Shown here: positions 25,981 through 33,201 of the stretch, piece after piece
Position numbering within the stretch: the stretch's first letter is position 1
Layout of the letters: every line of letters starts with the position of its first letter
DNA from: a virus
Taxonomy: Duplodnaviria; Heunggongvirae; Uroviricota; Caudoviricetes
Direction: 5' to 3' (one strand)
Length of the DNA: 33,201 nucleotides
IMG/VR virus record: IMGVR_UViG_2574180227_000019
The notes under the pieces: model-generated
Database searches by the model: none
Told to the model about the DNA's origin: nothing
What the model saw: only the letters and a program-made list of their open reading frames with translations
Position numbers and translations under genes: made by a program

Positions 25981-26528
25981 GGCGTTAACTCCCGTAATAC
26001 AGCGTCCTCGGCAGTCCGGCGACGGTAATAAACTGCGTGAGCAGAATGTTCAGATATTCCAAACTTTTCGCCAATTTCCCGGAATGACAGACGGCGTGGG
26101 TAATCGGAATCACGCAGCGCACGTATAAGACGTACATCATAATCAGATATGCGCGTGCCGGGGCGTAACTCTCCGCACTTTGTTAATCCAGCACCAATCA
26201 TTCCTGCCCGACATCTGACAGAATCTTTATTACGTCCGAGATATTCTCCCATTTGCTGGCAGGTCATTGTTCTGGCATTTTTTCGAATAAACTTATCTTC
26301 ATCAGGTGTAAATCTTGGGTGTTTATATTTCAGTAACTCCGGGTATGAACTGCGCAATACACCAGTCCGGTTATATACAGCCCAGACAGTTCTTTTTATT
26401 CTGGCAGCAATATCCTTAACCGGGGTGGATGAATAAAGCGCAATCAGCAGCGCATCTTCTTCAGGTGTCCACGGACGGACATGAGCGGGGGCGCGACCTT
26501 TTAGTCCCATGGGTTGTAATTTCATCAT
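25977..26528 (-). CDS. Putative DNA-binding protein with tandem helix-turn-helix repeats (Myb/SANT-like and sigma region-4-like)
   Basis: 183 aa, GGGGGTGA Shine-Dalgarno. Two repeats of the pattern (W/F)TPEED...x20-25 (RPWTPEEDALLIALY...IAARIKRTVWAVYNR and PRFTPDEDKFIRKNARTMTCQQMGEYLGRN), then ...LSFREIGEKFGISEHSAHAVYYRR. Confidence 0.45.
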   Translation of the reverse strand: MMKLQPMGLKGRAPAHVRPWTPEEDALLIALYSSTPVKDIAARIKRTVWAVYNRTGVLRSSYPELLKYKHPRFTPDEDKFIRKNARTMTCQQMGEYLGRNKDSVRCRAGMIGAGLTKCGELRPGTRISDYDVRLIRALRDSDYPRRLSFREIGEKFGISEHSAHAVYYRRRTAEDAVLRELTP

Positions 26529-26531
26529 GCA

Positions 26532-27047
26532 TCACCCCCTGACTCGCTTTTCAGCAGCATAAAACTCATCAGACAGTATTTCGGTCATTTTCTGTTTTGC
26601 GGGTTTTACGCCGCACTGAAGGTAAATCACATCGTCAACGCAGAACCACTTCACAGGGCCAAACAGGATTGCCGAGAAATCAATACCCAGCCAGAACAAC
26701 AGCGCATCGGTTCTGGCATACGTGACGGGCGAATATTCACGCCACAGACTGTACAGTTCATCAGAGGCAACACGCAGGGTTTTAGGGATACGTGATGTGC
26801 GCGGTGTGCAGCTCCAGCCATTCGACGCAGTCGGTTTTCGCCATAAGTCGCGATGAAAAGGATATTTGTCCTCCGTAAAACGCAGTCCCTTAAAGCAAAA
26901 TCCACTGATACCGGATACAAATACCGACCGGCACGCAACATTCAGCACGGCCTCAAGGCGTTTTGCCTCATCCTTAACTTTCTGGCAGTCCTGCTGGTAT
27001 TTTTGCCACGCAGCCAGCGCGGAAGGGTTTGATGTTTTAAAGAACAT
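26532..27047 (-). CDS. Hypothetical early protein
   Basis: 171 aa, GGAGGTGG Shine-Dalgarno, tightly coupled to its neighbours. Confidence 0.45.
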   Translation of the reverse strand: MFFKTSNPSALAAWQKYQQDCQKVKDEAKRLEAVLNVACRSVFVSGISGFCFKGLRFTEDKYPFHRDLWRKPTASNGWSCTPRTSRIPKTLRVASDELYSLWREYSPVTYARTDALLFWLGIDFSAILFGPVKWFCVDDVIYLQCGVKPAKQKMTEILSDEFYAAEKRVRG

Positions 27048-27580
27048 TACGCCACCTCCGCAGATATCCCGGCAGGCGCAGCCGTCCGGTCAACAATCAG
27101 GTAACGCAGAACATGTTCGGTGATATTCCAGCCGCTTAAACCGCAGATAATGACACCCAGGCGAATGTCGATATACGCCATCACAAACTGGGGCACGCCT
27201 TCTTTCATGGCCTGCTCATCAACTTCAGCCACCACATAAACGGTTTCACAGGTCAGAACGCCCTGAGCAAATTCCCACGCCATCGACGGAATATCATGCC
27301 CTTCAATCCACGGCAGGGATTTTCTGAAGCTGCACCACTGAACATCATCAGCCGCAGACTCCTGGCTGCATTTGCGACGAACCGGCTGCACCGGGCGGGG
27401 ACGCGGAATATCATAAAAACCGTTACGGTCCGTCAGCACGCCTGCATCAACCGCATCACGCAGAAAATAAACCATGGAGGATAGCGGCATATTCATTTTT
27501 TCTGCCAGAGAACGACTGGTCAGACGGCCAGAAAAACGCAGCCAGTTTTTAACCCCTTCAAGCACTTTTGCATCAATCAT
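27047..27580 (-). CDS. Hypothetical early protein with N-terminal winged-helix-like segment
   Basis: 177 aa, GGAGGA Shine-Dalgarno; N-terminal ...TSRSLAEKMNMPLSSMVYFLRDAVDAGVL... looks HTH-like. Confidence 0.45.
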   Translation of the reverse strand: MIDAKVLEGVKNWLRFSGRLTSRSLAEKMNMPLSSMVYFLRDAVDAGVLTDRNGFYDIPRPRPVQPVRRKCSQESAADDVQWCSFRKSLPWIEGHDIPSMAWEFAQGVLTCETVYVVAEVDEQAMKEGVPQFVMAYIDIRLGVIICGLSGWNITEHVLRYLIVDRTAAPAGISAEVA

Positions 27581-27583
27581 GAA

Positions 27584-28126
27584 TTATTCCTCCGTCAGCG
27601 CCACATATTCAGAATGTTTAATCTCCTGGCATTCTTCAGGAATACACCCTTTTATTTCCCTGCCATAAGCGCCTACTTTAAACACCACGCACAGGGCATC
27701 ACGGGAGAGCGACGGGGTCCACCAGGAGTCCGTGTTAAACATGGAGGGGATTCTCATTACCCCCAGCTTTTCACAGAGCCAGACAAGGAAATCAGGACGC
27801 TTTCTTAACTCGCGTTCAGCGGCTTCAATCATTGCGGCAATCGCCGCTCCTTCAGGGCATGACTCATCAGGTCTGGCTATAAAGCACTGTCCACCACCGA
27901 TAAAAGCCACATCATCGCGCTTACACCAGCCCGCAGGCAGAGCACCGGAAAAATAAAACTCACTGATTACGTCCATGGCGAACGGCTTTAAGCGCAATCC
28001 GGTAGCGCCTGTATTTTTCAGTAACGCCCGAAGAATACTGTTGCGTAGCGGTAAAACAGTCTGTTGATATTTGGTGAAATATTTATTTGTCTGCACACAG
28101 TCTAATTTGAAATAAAAATATGCCAT
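27584..28126 (-). CDS. Hypothetical early protein
   Basis: 180 aa, AGGA Shine-Dalgarno; no recognisable motif. Confidence 0.45.
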   Translation of the reverse strand: MAYFYFKLDCVQTNKYFTKYQQTVLPLRNSILRALLKNTGATGLRLKPFAMDVISEFYFSGALPAGWCKRDDVAFIGGGQCFIARPDESCPEGAAIAAMIEAAERELRKRPDFLVWLCEKLGVMRIPSMFNTDSWWTPSLSRDALCVVFKVGAYGREIKGCIPEECQEIKHSEYVALTEE

Positions 28127-28223
28127 ATTTCCTGTTCCTTATTTTCAGTTTACAGGCGCAGGCAGTCCCCTGACGCGAGCGCCATAATTAAAATGAAGTG
28201 ATATTTAAAGATTTAATGCGGTG

Positions 28224-28754
28224 TTATTTGTTCAGTCCGGCGTCCTGTTCAAAAGGCTCGACATAAAAACTTTCAGCGCCTTTATTCACCTTAATACCGG
28301 CAATGTCTTTCACCGCATCCGGCTCCGCCAGGACAGCTTGCTTATTCACTTCCTCTTTCGTGCGGATGAAGCGCTCAAGGCCCATACGGCGCAGCATTTC
28401 AATCACGCCTTCCACATCACGGCTGACGCTGCATGATGGCGTTCCCAGCCGCCATGACACCGTTCCGGTGGTCAGATTGGCTGTTTTGGTTTCACCGCCG
28501 TTCGTCAGCTCATTGCGGTTGGTTTTACACCAGTCCTGAATCCCTTTAAAAAGCACTTTGATTTCTTTTTTAAGGTTTTCAATCTGCGGCGTATAACGGG
28601 CGGTAATTTCTGCCACTTCGTCATTCATCGCTGTTTCCAGGCGCAGCGCCTCACGCTGCATATCCCCAAAGCGTCGGATATCGCGGCTGACTTCTTCGCG
28701 GGTCTGTGGTGCGGCCTCGGCTGCGGCCTTTAATTTTGTAACGCGTTTAGCCAT
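28224..28754 (-). CDS. gam: Host-nuclease inhibitor Gam (Mu Gam family)
   Basis: 176 aa; ...FGDMQREALRLETAMNDEVAEITARY...WCKTNRNELTNGGETKTANLTTGTVSWRLG...GLERFIRTKEEVNKQAVLAEP...PFEQDAGL closely parallels Mu Gam as remembered; AAGGA Shine-Dalgarno. Confidence 0.85.
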   Translation of the reverse strand: MAKRVTKLKAAAEAAPQTREEVSRDIRRFGDMQREALRLETAMNDEVAEITARYTPQIENLKKEIKVLFKGIQDWCKTNRNELTNGGETKTANLTTGTVSWRLGTPSCSVSRDVEGVIEMLRRMGLERFIRTKEEVNKQAVLAEPDAVKDIAGIKVNKGAESFYVEPFEQDAGLNK

Positions 28755-28765
28755 TTTGTTTTTCC

Positions 28766-29059
28766 TTATTGCAGTGTGCCTGATGCTTTATGCACGCGGT
28801 GGTGTTTAATGATGGCATCCGCTCCAAAATCCTGTGCAGATGCCTGAAATTCCGCTGAGAGGAAATGAATAATTGCAGGACTGTGATACTGGAGAATACT
28901 TGCATAAACATCACAGAGTGACGTCGGGCTGTTCTCCGTATCACGTTCTGTTTTCACATCCACACCAATCTTTTCATGCACTTCAACACAGTCATTGCCT
29001 GCCAGCTTTTCGTCATGCGAAACATTCTCAAATTCAAAAATAACGCGTACTTTGCTCAT
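28766..29059 (-). CDS. Small early protein, paralogue B of a tandem pair
   Basis: Start re-chosen at the ATG at 29057-29059 (MSKVRVIFEFENVSHDEK...); the N-terminus parallels the adjacent gene. Confidence 0.45.
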   Translation of the reverse strand: MSKVRVIFEFENVSHDEKLAGNDCVEVHEKIGVDVKTERDTENSPTSLCDVYASILQYHSPAIIHFLSAEFQASAQDFGADAIIKHHRVHKASGTLQ

Positions 29060-29063
29060 GGAA

Positions 29064-29336
29064 TTACCCCTGCTGATTAAATTCATTACCTTTAATAACC
29101 CCGGAACTCATGTTCATATCTTTCATGAGCGCTCTGGCTTTCATTGCCACAAGTTCAGCAAAGTCTCTGCTTTCCGCGAGCATAACCACCCCAAAAATCA
29201 TGGCGGGTCCATCACCTTTCTGCTTTATCCCGGTTGAACGTATGTCCAGACTTACCCCCATGTGCACTGTTTCATCAGCGTTTTTATGGATAACGTGCTC
29301 CTTGTATTCGAAAATAATGCGTACAACTTTACTCAT
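29064..29336 (-). CDS. Small early protein, paralogue A of a tandem pair
   Basis: 90 aa (MSKVVRIIFEYKEHVIHKNADE...), GAGGA Shine-Dalgarno, ATGA-coupled to the upstream gene. Confidence 0.45.
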   Translation of the reverse strand: MSKVVRIIFEYKEHVIHKNADETVHMGVSLDIRSTGIKQKGDGPAMIFGVVMLAESRDFAELVAMKARALMKDMNMSSGVIKGNEFNQQG

Positions 29337-29614
29337 CCTCTGGTCCTCGTTCTGTTTGGATAACTGACCCGGCGTCTGACCTCACGGCAGAACCGAATCA
29401 TGGCATTAAAGGCTTCTTCCTCCGTCACCGCTTCCGGTATCCCCGGAACCAGTAACTGCTCCTGTTCATCACGTCCATGACGCGCCATAACCTCAATCAC
29501 ATGCCGTACTGTGGCAGGCTTTCCGGCAACTATCGGCAATGCACCTTCCGGCAGGACGTAACCAAACTCAATGAGACCGCTCGACCACGCCCACGCAATC
29601 AGATTTCGTTTCAT
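29333..29614 (-). CDS. Hypothetical early protein
   Basis: 93 aa with strong GGGAGGTG Shine-Dalgarno. Confidence 0.45.
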   Translation of the reverse strand: MKRNLIAWAWSSGLIEFGYVLPEGALPIVAGKPATVRHVIEVMARHGRDEQEQLLVPGIPEAVTEEEAFNAMIRFCREVRRRVSYPNRTRTRG

Positions 29615-29615
29615 C

Positions 29616-29870
29616 TCACACCTCCCAGTAAACCGTGCATCCGCTTATGCGGGTGGCCTTCACACGGCGGCGCAGGCCGTTGGTCTGTATGGTGATTTCA
29701 ATTTCACCGGTTCCCTGCACGTTGCCTACCGGCGGCGTGGTTTTCAGTGCAAAACGTTGTGGGTAGCGCTTACTGCGTTCCAGTACCGCACCGGCAAGTT
29801 CGGTCAGACGGCGCGCGCTGTTCAGGGAGTCGAATAAATTCATTTTGTTACCGCAGGATTGCATATTCAT
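29616..29870 (-). CDS. Hypothetical early protein
   Basis: Start chosen at the ATG at 29868-29870, preceded by GAGGTG; the track start at 29882 has no Shine-Dalgarno. Confidence 0.4.
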   Translation of the reverse strand: MNMQSCGNKMNLFDSLNSARRLTELAGAVLERSKRYPQRFALKTTPPVGNVQGTGEIEITIQTNGLRRRVKATRISGCTVYWEV

Positions 29871-29882
29871 ATAACACCTCAT

Positions 29883-30104
29883 TTAGCTGACTTGTTTCGC
29901 ACCAACAGAACGGCATATTCCGCTGTAAACTTCTGTCGCACCTTCGCGATCAAGTCCGGCAGATATCACCATTCGTGTGCGGTCATTAAATTCAAAAAGT
30001 AAATCGCCACATTCTTTATTTTCGGCCAGTGAAATCACCTTCACGTTATCGAAATTAACCAGGTAAAAGCGTCCGTAAATATCAGGAATATAAAATACCG
30101 CCAT
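29883..30104 (-). CDS. Hypothetical early protein at the Mu kil position (function not verified)
   Basis: First gene after B; ATG at 30102-30104 preceded by AGGTG (the track start at 30110 is GTG). Call is by synteny only. Confidence 0.4.
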   Translation of the reverse strand: MAVFYIPDIYGRFYLVNFDNVKVISLAENKECGDLLFEFNDRTRMVISAGLDREGATEVYSGICRSVGAKQVS

Positions 30105-30106
30105 AA

Positions 30107-31039
30107 TCACACCTGTGAGAGTAATTCAGGGTTGGTATAAACCTCTTTAAAGGCCGCATTAATATGTTTTTCTGTCAGCGCCGCGCCTTCACCACTGGCG
30201 GTGATCCATGCCTGGTTAAGCGTATGTGTCAGAACACGTAATGCTCCCGGTTTTTCAGCGATAGCCTGCATGACAGCCAGCTCGGCCTCACCACTGATAC
30301 CCCACGCCCTGGCAATAGCCAGCACATCCGCCTTTTTGGCCTTGCGAAGTTGTTTTGTACGGGCAAGACGGCTGAACAGGCGCGATAAATCATCAACGGC
30401 GCGGCGCCCCCCCTTAAACAGTCCGCGCGGGTTACCAATAAGCACCATCCCGATCCCCGTGGCGTCCTGGATTGCCCGGAGTTGCTCCAGACCGTCAATA
30501 CCAAGATGATCCGCCTCATCCACAATCACCAGTCCACGCGTTCCCATCAGGCGACGGCGGATGGCGCGGGATAACGCCCCTTTGTTCGCGCGGGTATAAT
30601 CAATCCCCAGCGCATCGGCCAGCTCCAGCAGACACTCCGTGACGCTGGAATGCGCGGGAGACAGGGTGATCATCCAGGTGTTTGGTTGCTCCTGGCAGTA
30701 ATTACGGGCGGTGGCCGTTTTACCCACCCCGGGCACGCCCACTATGACGTTAATACAGCCCATCAGGCGGACCGCCTGAAACAGCGCGCGCAGCTCCTGG
30801 ACTGTCTGCGTTTCCACAAACTGCGGCGGCTCGGGCAGTGCGCTTTGTTTATTCCAGTTCTCATACCAGGAACGCAGGGAAGCAGCCACAGCAGCGTTAT
30901 CGCCTTTATATTTTCCCTTACGGAAAGCCGATAATGTGCCATCGGAAATTCCCGCCTCTCTGGCGATGGCATACTGCGTCAGTACGCCGCCATCAATAAG
31001 TTCATCAATGGTCTTGATTACATCGTTAATATCAGTCAT
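30107..31039 (-). CDS. B: Transposition target-DNA activator B (MuB-like AAA+ ATPase)
   Basis: 310 aa, directly downstream of the transposase; Walker A GVPGVGKT, Walker B-like VIVDEADHL, N-terminal HTH-like segment. Confidence 0.85.
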   Translation of the reverse strand: MTDINDVIKTIDELIDGGVLTQYAIAREAGISDGTLSAFRKGKYKGDNAAVAASLRSWYENWNKQSALPEPPQFVETQTVQELRALFQAVRLMGCINVIVGVPGVGKTATARNYCQEQPNTWMITLSPAHSSVTECLLELADALGIDYTRANKGALSRAIRRRLMGTRGLVIVDEADHLGIDGLEQLRAIQDATGIGMVLIGNPRGLFKGGRRAVDDLSRLFSRLARTKQLRKAKKADVLAIARAWGISGEAELAVMQAIAEKPGALRVLTHTLNQAWITASGEGAALTEKHINAAFKEVYTNPELLSQV

Positions 31040-31077
31040 ATTATTAACCTCTCATTTGATACCTTGTTTAATCAAAT

Positions 31078-31107
31078 AACCTGAGTCGCCGCTCGGGTTA
31101 TTTTTTT
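31078..31107 (+). terminator. Terminator-like hairpin plus T7 tract in the A-B intergenic region, best oriented on the plus (antisense) strand
   Basis: aacctgag-tcgccg-ctcgggtt (8 bp stem, one G-U pair) followed by attttttt on the plus strand; on the minus-strand mRNA the same hairpin is followed by a weaker auuugauu. Confidence 0.35.
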
Positions 31108-31110
31108 ATT

Positions 31111-33201
31111 TCAGGCCAGCGGGTCATTTTCTTTTAATTTCGCTTCCAGCAACTGCAATCCCCGCTGGAAATTACGCTCGTATTCTTCATCAGGTTCATC
31201 ATCAACGGCAGGTTGCTGAACGGCCACCGTATTACCCACCGGGCGGTAGATGTTTTCCAGCCATGGCTCCTGCGGCTTGTGCTCCAGCACGTTGACAACC
31301 TCATCCTCGGCATCACGGATTTTTTCCTCTGCGCGTTTACGCATACCTTTAAGGCGCTGCTGCTGTTTGTAGTATTCCGCGCTGACCGGGAAGGCTTCGC
31401 GTTTATTGCCGTCCCATACCGCCTCGCAAATCACGCTGCCATCCGGGCGACGTACGGTAATTCGTTCGGCATCATGAATGTCATAGCTGATAAGCACTTT
31501 GCGGCCATGTTCATCACGCAGCTCGGGCGCGTAGTAAATATTATTCAGCCAGCGTATTTCACAGCGTCTTACAGGGCGTTCCACCATCGGCCGGAACATG
31601 TCCCGCAATTCCACATCGGACAGCCATTCAATTTCCGTGTCCTCTTCTGCCAGGCGTTTTTTTCTGAACTCCGCCGGGCTGTAATGTTTACCGTTCGGCT
31701 TCATGGGTAATTCATCGTGCGGCCGGTTGTTGTACCACTCAACGCCGTCACGAATGGCATCAATCAGTTCAGACCAGGACGGTAAATCACGCATCGCTGA
31801 CTGCTGCCGGGCGTTCAGCCGCTTGCCCTGTTGCAGGGCAGTGAATGCCGAGCGTAAATCGCGGTTGGTTTTGCGTAACGTCTCGCGATCTGCACCTTTC
31901 CCGAAATAGGTGCGGTATTTACGGGCTATGCGCATCGGTAATGTGCGGTTAAGCCGTTCGATAATGCCCCGTCCCTGCGGATTACCGGCAATCCCGGTCG
32001 GGTGATTAATCCCCAGTCGCGGTAGTATCCCCACAATCTCCTTATCCAGGATGTCGGCGGTTTCCCCGGAGCCATTATCCGAGTAATACAGAAACGGTTT
32101 GCCGTGATGTCGAATACCGTGCTGTATGGCACCGGCTACGGCGAAAACATTTTCAGCCAGGTCAAGGCTCCAGCCCACCACAAAGCGTGTACCGCCATCG
32201 ATAACAAAGGTTACTTCCGGTGCAAATGGCCGCCCGTGAACCGGGTGCCTGCATTTCAGCTTCATGCCGTGACCGTCACCAATCCAGACATAGTTCACCG
32301 GCATTCTGGACCAGTCGCGGCGCGTGAATCCCTCAAGCTGGCGGTATTCACTGCCGGTCACCCGGCCTTTTTGTTTCACCACTTCCGGCAGTTTCTTCAT
32401 TGCGCGGCGAATGGTGTCATAAGACGGCATGATATCGAGCATATAAGGCTCATCAGCGTGCCGGTGCTGCCATTCAGCAACAAAATCCTCGTAAGCCTCG
32501 GTCATTGGTCGGCCGTTTGACTGGCGATACTGCGCCAGAAATTCGGGCAGCCAGTTAATATCTTCGGCTTTTATTTCCTGACGTTTACCCGGTGCCAGTA
32601 AAAGCAGGCGTTCAGCGGCGTTCTGTGCCTTGTTAAAGGCCGCAATCCAGCGTTTCAGCGTGATTTCACTCAACACGCGGCTGTTTCCCTTTTTGGCGTT
32701 CGCCGTCTCAACCATTGCCACTATGCGCTCGTCCAGTTGTGAGCGTGACAGGCGGTCAACGATAAAACGGATGGCTCTAGCGCAGCTGAAACCGGGTTGT
32801 TGCGCGAATTTCAGCACCTCGCTGACAATCGCGATTCGTGCCTCTGCCACCTGGCGCTGTTTTTCAGTCAGGGCATTGAGGCGTTCGACCATCAGTTGTG
32901 GTGAACCGCGATATGCCTCCACCGCATCAACCACGTCAGGTGAGCGTCTGGCCTTTGTCACCACCGGAACCGGTGATTCATCGACTTTTTGAGTCATCAG
33001 TTGCAGGGCGTAGCGTTCACGTAATGCCTGCTGCGTCACTTCAGGTAAACAGTCGATGCTGTATTCAGTTGCTTTAGAGCCTGAGCGACGACGGGAACAA
33101 CAGCTTTTCCCTTGTACGTAACGTTGTAATGCCTGGCGAATACCTTTTGTTGTAGCAGGCATTCCGGGCGCGCCAATCAGTTCTTTTGCAATGACATACA
33201 T
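31111..33201 (-). CDS. A: DDE transposase A (MuA-like); start at or just beyond the window edge
   Basis: 696 aa; N-terminus MYVIAKELIGAPGMPATTKGIRQA... parallels the MuA N-terminal DNA-binding domain as remembered; followed by the B gene as in Mu. The ATG falls on the last 3 nt of the window. Confidence 0.85.
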   Translation of the reverse strand: MYVIAKELIGAPGMPATTKGIRQALQRYVQGKSCCSRRRSGSKATEYSIDCLPEVTQQALRERYALQLMTQKVDESPVPVVTKARRSPDVVDAVEAYRGSPQLMVERLNALTEKQRQVAEARIAIVSEVLKFAQQPGFSCARAIRFIVDRLSRSQLDERIVAMVETANAKKGNSRVLSEITLKRWIAAFNKAQNAAERLLLLAPGKRQEIKAEDINWLPEFLAQYRQSNGRPMTEAYEDFVAEWQHRHADEPYMLDIMPSYDTIRRAMKKLPEVVKQKGRVTGSEYRQLEGFTRRDWSRMPVNYVWIGDGHGMKLKCRHPVHGRPFAPEVTFVIDGGTRFVVGWSLDLAENVFAVAGAIQHGIRHHGKPFLYYSDNGSGETADILDKEIVGILPRLGINHPTGIAGNPQGRGIIERLNRTLPMRIARKYRTYFGKGADRETLRKTNRDLRSAFTALQQGKRLNARQQSAMRDLPSWSELIDAIRDGVEWYNNRPHDELPMKPNGKHYSPAEFRKKRLAEEDTEIEWLSDVELRDMFRPMVERPVRRCEIRWLNNIYYAPELRDEHGRKVLISYDIHDAERITVRRPDGSVICEAVWDGNKREAFPVSAEYYKQQQRLKGMRKRAEEKIRDAEDEVVNVLEHKPQEPWLENIYRPVGNTVAVQQPAVDDEPDEEYERNFQRGLQLLEAKLKENDPLA

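Larger units (their letters stand above)
1..33201 (-). mobile_element. Mu-like transposable prophage, internal portion; both ends outside the window
   Basis: Uninterrupted minus-strand gene order A, B, early small genes with Gam, GemA, Mor/C, lysis, terminase, portal, F, G, I, T, sheath, tube, tape measure, N, P, baseplate, tail fibre, invertible segment, matching phage Mu synteny. No integrase or att site; transposase at the right edge. Confidence 0.85.

Noticed and set aside
1-33201. Integrase and attachment sites, or prophage boundaries
   Set aside because: No tyrosine or serine integrase and no host-like genes are visible; the element has a Mu-type transposase and both ends fall outside the window, so boundaries cannot be called.

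Overview
The whole 33.2 kb window is the interior of a Mu-like transposable prophage, with every phage gene on the minus strand; both prophage ends lie outside the window. Reading right to left: transposase A (31111..33201) and the AAA+ target-DNA activator B, then an early accessory block of about 18 small genes (roughly 24.5-30.1 kb) with Gam as the only one recognised. After that come GemA, an intrinsic terminator, a Mor/C-family activator, a lysis cassette (SAR-type endolysin, overlapping spanin pair, TraR-like zinc finger, gp25/gp26-like proteins), terminase small and large subunits, portal, F, G, protease/scaffold I, major capsid T, neck proteins, sheath, tube, chaperone, tape measure, N, baseplate genes, tail fibre and tail-fibre assembly gene. 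The most notable structure is at the left edge: a Gin/Hin-type invertible tail-fibre segment with one complete gix-like crossover site inside the tail-fibre gene (1418..1443) and its inverted partner cut by the window start (1..18). The segment carries a promoterless alternative fibre C-terminal cassette on the plus strand but only one tail-fibre assembly gene. Other observations are a candidate +1 frameshift ORF between the tail chaperone and tape measure, a tRNA-like element between F and G, a (GCTTCG)n in-frame repeat, several hairpins and palindromes in intergenic regions, and uncharacterised early genes that are candidates for host-takeover or anti-defence functions. No defence system is recognisable from sequence alone. 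All product calls rest on remembered family resemblance and synteny with Mu; nothing was searched or computed beyond manual translation and base-pair counting. The ORF track uses ATG, GTG and TTG starts, so several starts were re-chosen by Shine-Dalgarno position.
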